Positions 58,951 to 63,769 of a stretch of DNA of 63,769 bases are shown here, one piece after another. Position 1 is the first letter of the stretch; each line of letters starts with the position of its first letter. This stretch comes from Negaprion brevirostris (taxonomy: Eukaryota). Made by a program: the position numbers and the translations under genes. The DNA lies in assembly GCA_030324005.1 (NCBI GenBank), contig JARDVH010000031.1, positions 52,586,832 through 52,650,600 of the forward strand, in the 5' to 3' direction. The notes beneath the pieces were generated by a model. The model was not told where the DNA came from and did no database searches. It was given only the letters and a program-made list of their open reading frames with translations.

Positions 58951-61900
58951 TGAATTGACGTATTATGTGTATCCCTGCTACAAATGGCACGACAACAAAC
59001 AATTTCTTTCTGAAGATATCCAATTAGGATCCAAAAAAGGGCCATATTGTTACATCATCATATAATTAGATATTGGACAGTACAGGGACACACCTAAAAG
59101 TAATACACTCAGAACTGCTTCTGGAAGAGAAACCAGCACTAGTATATTTGACAGAATATCTAAGGCAGAATCAAAACTGGTAACTCAGTTCCGAGGTCCT
59201 AAATTAACCTATTTATGTACTAGATTATGTCATAAAATGTCCGATACTTTTATCATCTGAGAGGTTTGGTCTTCATTGATAATTGTAATGAAGCATAGTT
59301 TGTAATCTTTCCTCCCCTCACCTTTTGCCAGTTCTATTGGCGATATTCATTCTCTGGCTTCTTGTCCAAGCTGCCATTCTTAACAAATGAATCTCCAAAA
59401 TGAGTTTTGGCATGATATTGAACTATTGGAAAATTGCACTCAACCCAAATCTGTAAACTCTAACATTCATTCAAGTAATATTCCAATCAGGAACAGGAAC
59501 ACAACTCAGCAATACTGAGGCAAATTGCTGCCAAACCACTGTCACAGGTGAGGGTATTTAGCTCAGTGTTGTCAGTGAAGTTAGCTGGATCTTTGTGCCT
59601 GATAAGGTTCAGCTATTGATATTACACAAACAGGATAACAAGTTTGTTAGTATTTATTTAAGAATGTAATTTAAAGTTGAGTTCTTCTCATATTTAAGAT
59701 AGTCACAAAATCTATTCATATGACAAGAAATACAAACTGTACAGTTACAATTAAATTCTGAAACATCTGTGATTTCATGAAAATCCTGCAGTTTTAGATA
59801 CAAACCATCATCTAATTGTTGACAATGTTTATACACTTCCACTTCGAAAATATATTCACCAAACAATTGCTTAATTTAGATGTGAAAATTGAATTTGTTG
59901 CTTTAAACCAAACTAACTTGTCTGCAGAATGGTATTTACTTTGGCTTTTTCTCTGTAGATATTTTCCAAAGCTACAAAAAGGCAATGATACTCTGGATAT
60001 TCTTATGCAACCTGATGAAGGAAAATATTAAGTAATTCAAATTTGTGCCATCTGGTTTTAAAAAACAACTTGGAGGATTGGTTTTCTGGCGGAGTTGAAA
60101 GTATTTTGTCAGCCAAGTCAAACCTCACAACAGGGCCACAGTAATAAATCCAGAATGTACCACTAGACTAACATGCAGCAAATTCATCATTTTAGACCAG
60201 CATATATAGAAAGAAAGGGTCTTTATCTGACGAAAGATTGTTGAGCGATATGCAAATTCATTCCAGCTTTAACGAAATCTGAGTTTTTCCAGGTGCTTTG
60301 ATCCTTCCATTCAAGAGAGACCTTCTGAAAAATCCCTGAGGCTCAGGAGTTCCATTGTTTACCCAGTCATCAATGAACGAAGGCCCTTTCCAGAGGTTGC
60401 TTTTATACTGTGACCGACTACCATTAAGCTTTCAATTAGGCTACAAAGTCCTTTCCCCAGCCTATTGTTATTTATTATCTTTCAAACAATATAGGCAATT
60501 TGTGCAATATAGGTGCGTGTGCACTGTTGCATAATTATGACTGTCGTGACTTTTAGTTTAATGGCTGAATGCAGGAAGGAAAATACAGCCTGACTTAAGT
60601 TTACCTCCATCTTCCATATATCACTTAAATCAAAAACTTCATTGTTGGAATGTGGTATAACATCGAACAATAATGAATCATAGCCTTAGCTGATCTATTA
60701 AGCAATATATGAAGAAATTCAATAAAATGCCCTAATTGAGGACAACTAAACCGATACTTCCTTGCAGGCCCTATAGGAGTTTTACTTTATCTCAATACAA
60801 CTTTTACAGCTGAGGATAGGAGCCTACATAGATCAGGCTACCACACCTCTTACATTAGAAATCAGTGGAAGGATCTACCCCGAGCCTCCATCAATTTCAA
60901 GTTTTGAGTGAACTTGGACTTAGGGACCAAGAACTCATCCCAGAAAGAGTCATGGTAATGCATGCAAATTGGAGTCAAATGGCAGCTGAGAATACAATGC
61001 CATTTCTGTCTCCAACCACACTGCTATTGCCAGTTCCTCAATGCATCCACAAAACATAGTTGTAAAAGCTGGGAGGCAGCTATTCCCAGCTGTTTTTAAA
61101 ATGATTCTCAGATGCTTTCAGCTAAAACGTTTAGAAGATTTGGGAGAAGTTCTGCATATATTAAGTAGTGATTTTGCTAGTTCATTTTCAAGTGTATTGA
61201 ATAGTTACATTTACCCTTAGAAAATTTCTAGTATGCACTTTTTTATGATATTCTTTCTGTAAGTTCCAATCCAGTTGGAGGACCTGAATACCAGGATAAC
61301 TGTTATGGGTATACTCTCTGTACGCACACAGCTCTGTCAAATGATTCATGGTTTTCCTTACACAAATTATGACAAATTAATTCTCATTTGGCTGTAAGCC
61401 CATATTGCCAGTATTAAGCACTCTCTTACCTGCTGTAGTAGTCCTGATAAGTACTCCACAACGTCTTTAATATCTGAGATGCAATGTTGCTGTGGTTCAA
61501 TAATGGGCCTTTCAGATGCTTATATTCAACACCTCGAGGAGCTTGGACCTCAGCAGGTCCAGCTACAGACTCAAAAACTCAGCAACATTGTCCTAGCAGA
61601 TGCCAAGTTGACTTTCAGGCAACAGAGAATTTAGGACAGGTTTACTACGATGATAACAAAGGTAAAGAACTCCAATTATACAGAGAAATTGGAGAAACAG
61701 AAATTGTTCTGCTTTAAGCAGCGAACTTTAAAGCAAGTCCTAATAGAAGTATGACATTTAGAATTATGATGGCCACAAAAAAGCAAATAGGGAGAACCTG
61801 TTTCTTCTGACAAATATGTTGGTTACAAGAAGTCATAATTTAAAGCCTCTGGCAAGAACTAGAGGAAGAATTTTAAATTTTTGTTCATTCAGAACCCTAT

Positions 61901-63769
61901 TGAAATCTGAAATGTACTAGCTGAAAGTATAGTGGAGTCAGATTTCACAGGAACTTTCACAATCCTCCCTAAAGATGATTAGTATGCAAGATTATGTAGG
62001 AAAAGATGGGGTTGAGATTAAATTAGACAATTCTTTCAAACAGCCAGTACGGCTACAATGGACCAAGTGGTCTCCTTGTGAACGTCCATAATCCTAAGGG
62101 ACAGTAAAATGTTGAATTTCCATTATAACCACTGCTCCTACTACCATAAGAACATAAGAAATAGGAGCAGGAGTAGGCCATCTAGCCCTTCGAGCCTGCC
62201 CCGCCATTCAATAAGATCNNNNNNNNNNNNNNNNNNNNNNNNNNNNNNNNNNNNNNNNNNNNNNNNNNNNNNNNNNNNNNNNNNNNNNNNNNNNNNNNNN
62301 NNNNNNNNNNNNNNNNNNAAAGTGGATAACCTCACACTTGCTAACATTGTACTCCATCTGCCAGGTCCTCGCCCACTCGCTCAGCCTATCCAGATACCAG
62401 GCTGCAGCTCATCATTCTCATTGATTTGTAGAAGAGCTGACTGTTGGACATCTCTGGTCCGAACTGTCGAGTACCAGTCATTTCTTGCGTTTCCCTGGTT
62501 TCTCCTTCTGGGTCTACCTCCCCACACCCAACTCAATCTGCATAACTAACATAGAGCATAGGGAGAAAGTTTATTATGGAAGGGTAAAAATAGACAGGAC
62601 ATCCTCACAATCTCCAATATTGAGTATCCTCTGTCTTTGCCCGAAATGCTGGTGACTATTTCTCCATTGATGTCACTGATAGATCCCCTTTTCTTCATGT
62701 ATTCATGCTTCAATTGTGTGTCACTTTCTTCTGTAAGAGGACTGACAGTGTACCCTATCAAAGTGATTTAAAGATAAGTGGCACAGTTTAACATTGTAAC
62801 TGTGATGAAAGGAAGAATCAGCAAATATGACCGTTATGTTGTTATATTATTCATAAAGAGTTAGGAACTGATTGTTATGTGAATATATATCCTGGGATGC
62901 TAAAATAACTGCAGTCACATGCCAAGTAATAACTTATCAGTATACCAGCTACGTGGAGAGATGCAAATATTATGTATTCATCAGTTTGCTATATATCTTA
63001 TATAACTGATTTATCTCAGAGCAATGCAGGGATTACACTCCTTCAAAATCTATGACAGGTTTATTTGCAGTACTTTAAAATATCTCAGCGATCACAAGAT
63101 TTCTACACACATTGGACGGGATTTTACAGCCTTCTCGAGCAAAACTGGAAAAGCTCACCTGAGGTCAAAGGACATTTCCATTGTCTGCCCCTCACCCACT
63201 CCGAATCCATGGTGGTGAGTCGATTGTCTCAGCTGGAACTCAGGTCTGTTTTCTGGAACATTCTGTATGGTGTTGTTTATTTAAGCTCTCTAGCCCCAAA
63301 CACAGGCTTCAGCAATCAATTCAGTTTAAGTTTACCAAATTGTCCATATGGAATTCATTTCAGGTATATTGTTTGCCTGCAAATAAAACATATAAATTAA
63401 TAACAATAAAAGATAAAAATCCTATTGTAGAGATCTAACTTTAATTAAAATATGTACAAAAACTATTCTAATGCATTAAAATAATCAATGAATCCCATTG
63501 TGAACAGAAATTAGTGAATAGACTAACAGAGTCAAATACAGATCAGTCAAACCATTGAACATTACAGGCAGGATTTTATGGCCTCACTTGAGTCGAGACC
63601 AGAAAATCCCACCCGAGGTCAGTGGACATTTCCATTGTCCGCTCCTCGCCTCTTCAATTACGTGGCGGGTAGGGCGGCAGAATTCCGACATGCATATTTT
63701 CTCCATTTTAATTGAAGATATCATTTTATATTAAGTCATCATAAACTAACAATTTTGTAATGGACTAGA

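Noticed and set aside
60240-60460. Open minus-strand frames that could be a terminal exon
   Set aside because: Weak splice acceptors and no recognisable homology.
59000-63769. ITGB6 terminal exons expected from mammalian synteny
   Set aside because: No NPLY-type integrin beta tail was found by eye on the minus strand.

Overview
Vertebrate genomic DNA, most likely a shark (inferred from HE1/V-SINE, DeuSINE, CR1/HER1 and Penelope-type repeats), from a gapped assembly with several gaps of exactly 100 N. The main content is the 5' part of PLA2R1 (secretory phospholipase A2 receptor, mannose-receptor family) on the minus strand. I reconstructed 15 coding exons by hand from 55946 down to 827. All have GT-AG boundaries and compatible phases, giving 2407 nt (about 802 aa): signal peptide, CysR/ricin-B, FNII and CTLD1-4. 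The gene continues past position 1. Introns are filled with decayed mobile elements: V-SINEs, DeuSINEs, CR1/L2 and Rex-Babar LINEs, a Gypsy relic, a Harbinger transposase relic with MITEs, and Penelope-like (PLE) fragments. The best candidates for something new are small and transposon-derived: (1) PLE hammerhead-ribozyme motifs with a compensatory U3-A8 core in three copies; (2) a PLE fold-back whose spacer is an inverted copy of DNA about 650 bp away; (3) two separate MITE insertions at the same position of a hammerhead motif. No CRISPR array, rRNA gene, true tRNA gene or new protein-coding system could be supported. Repeat boundaries are approximate, and family names come from recalled motifs, not database searches.
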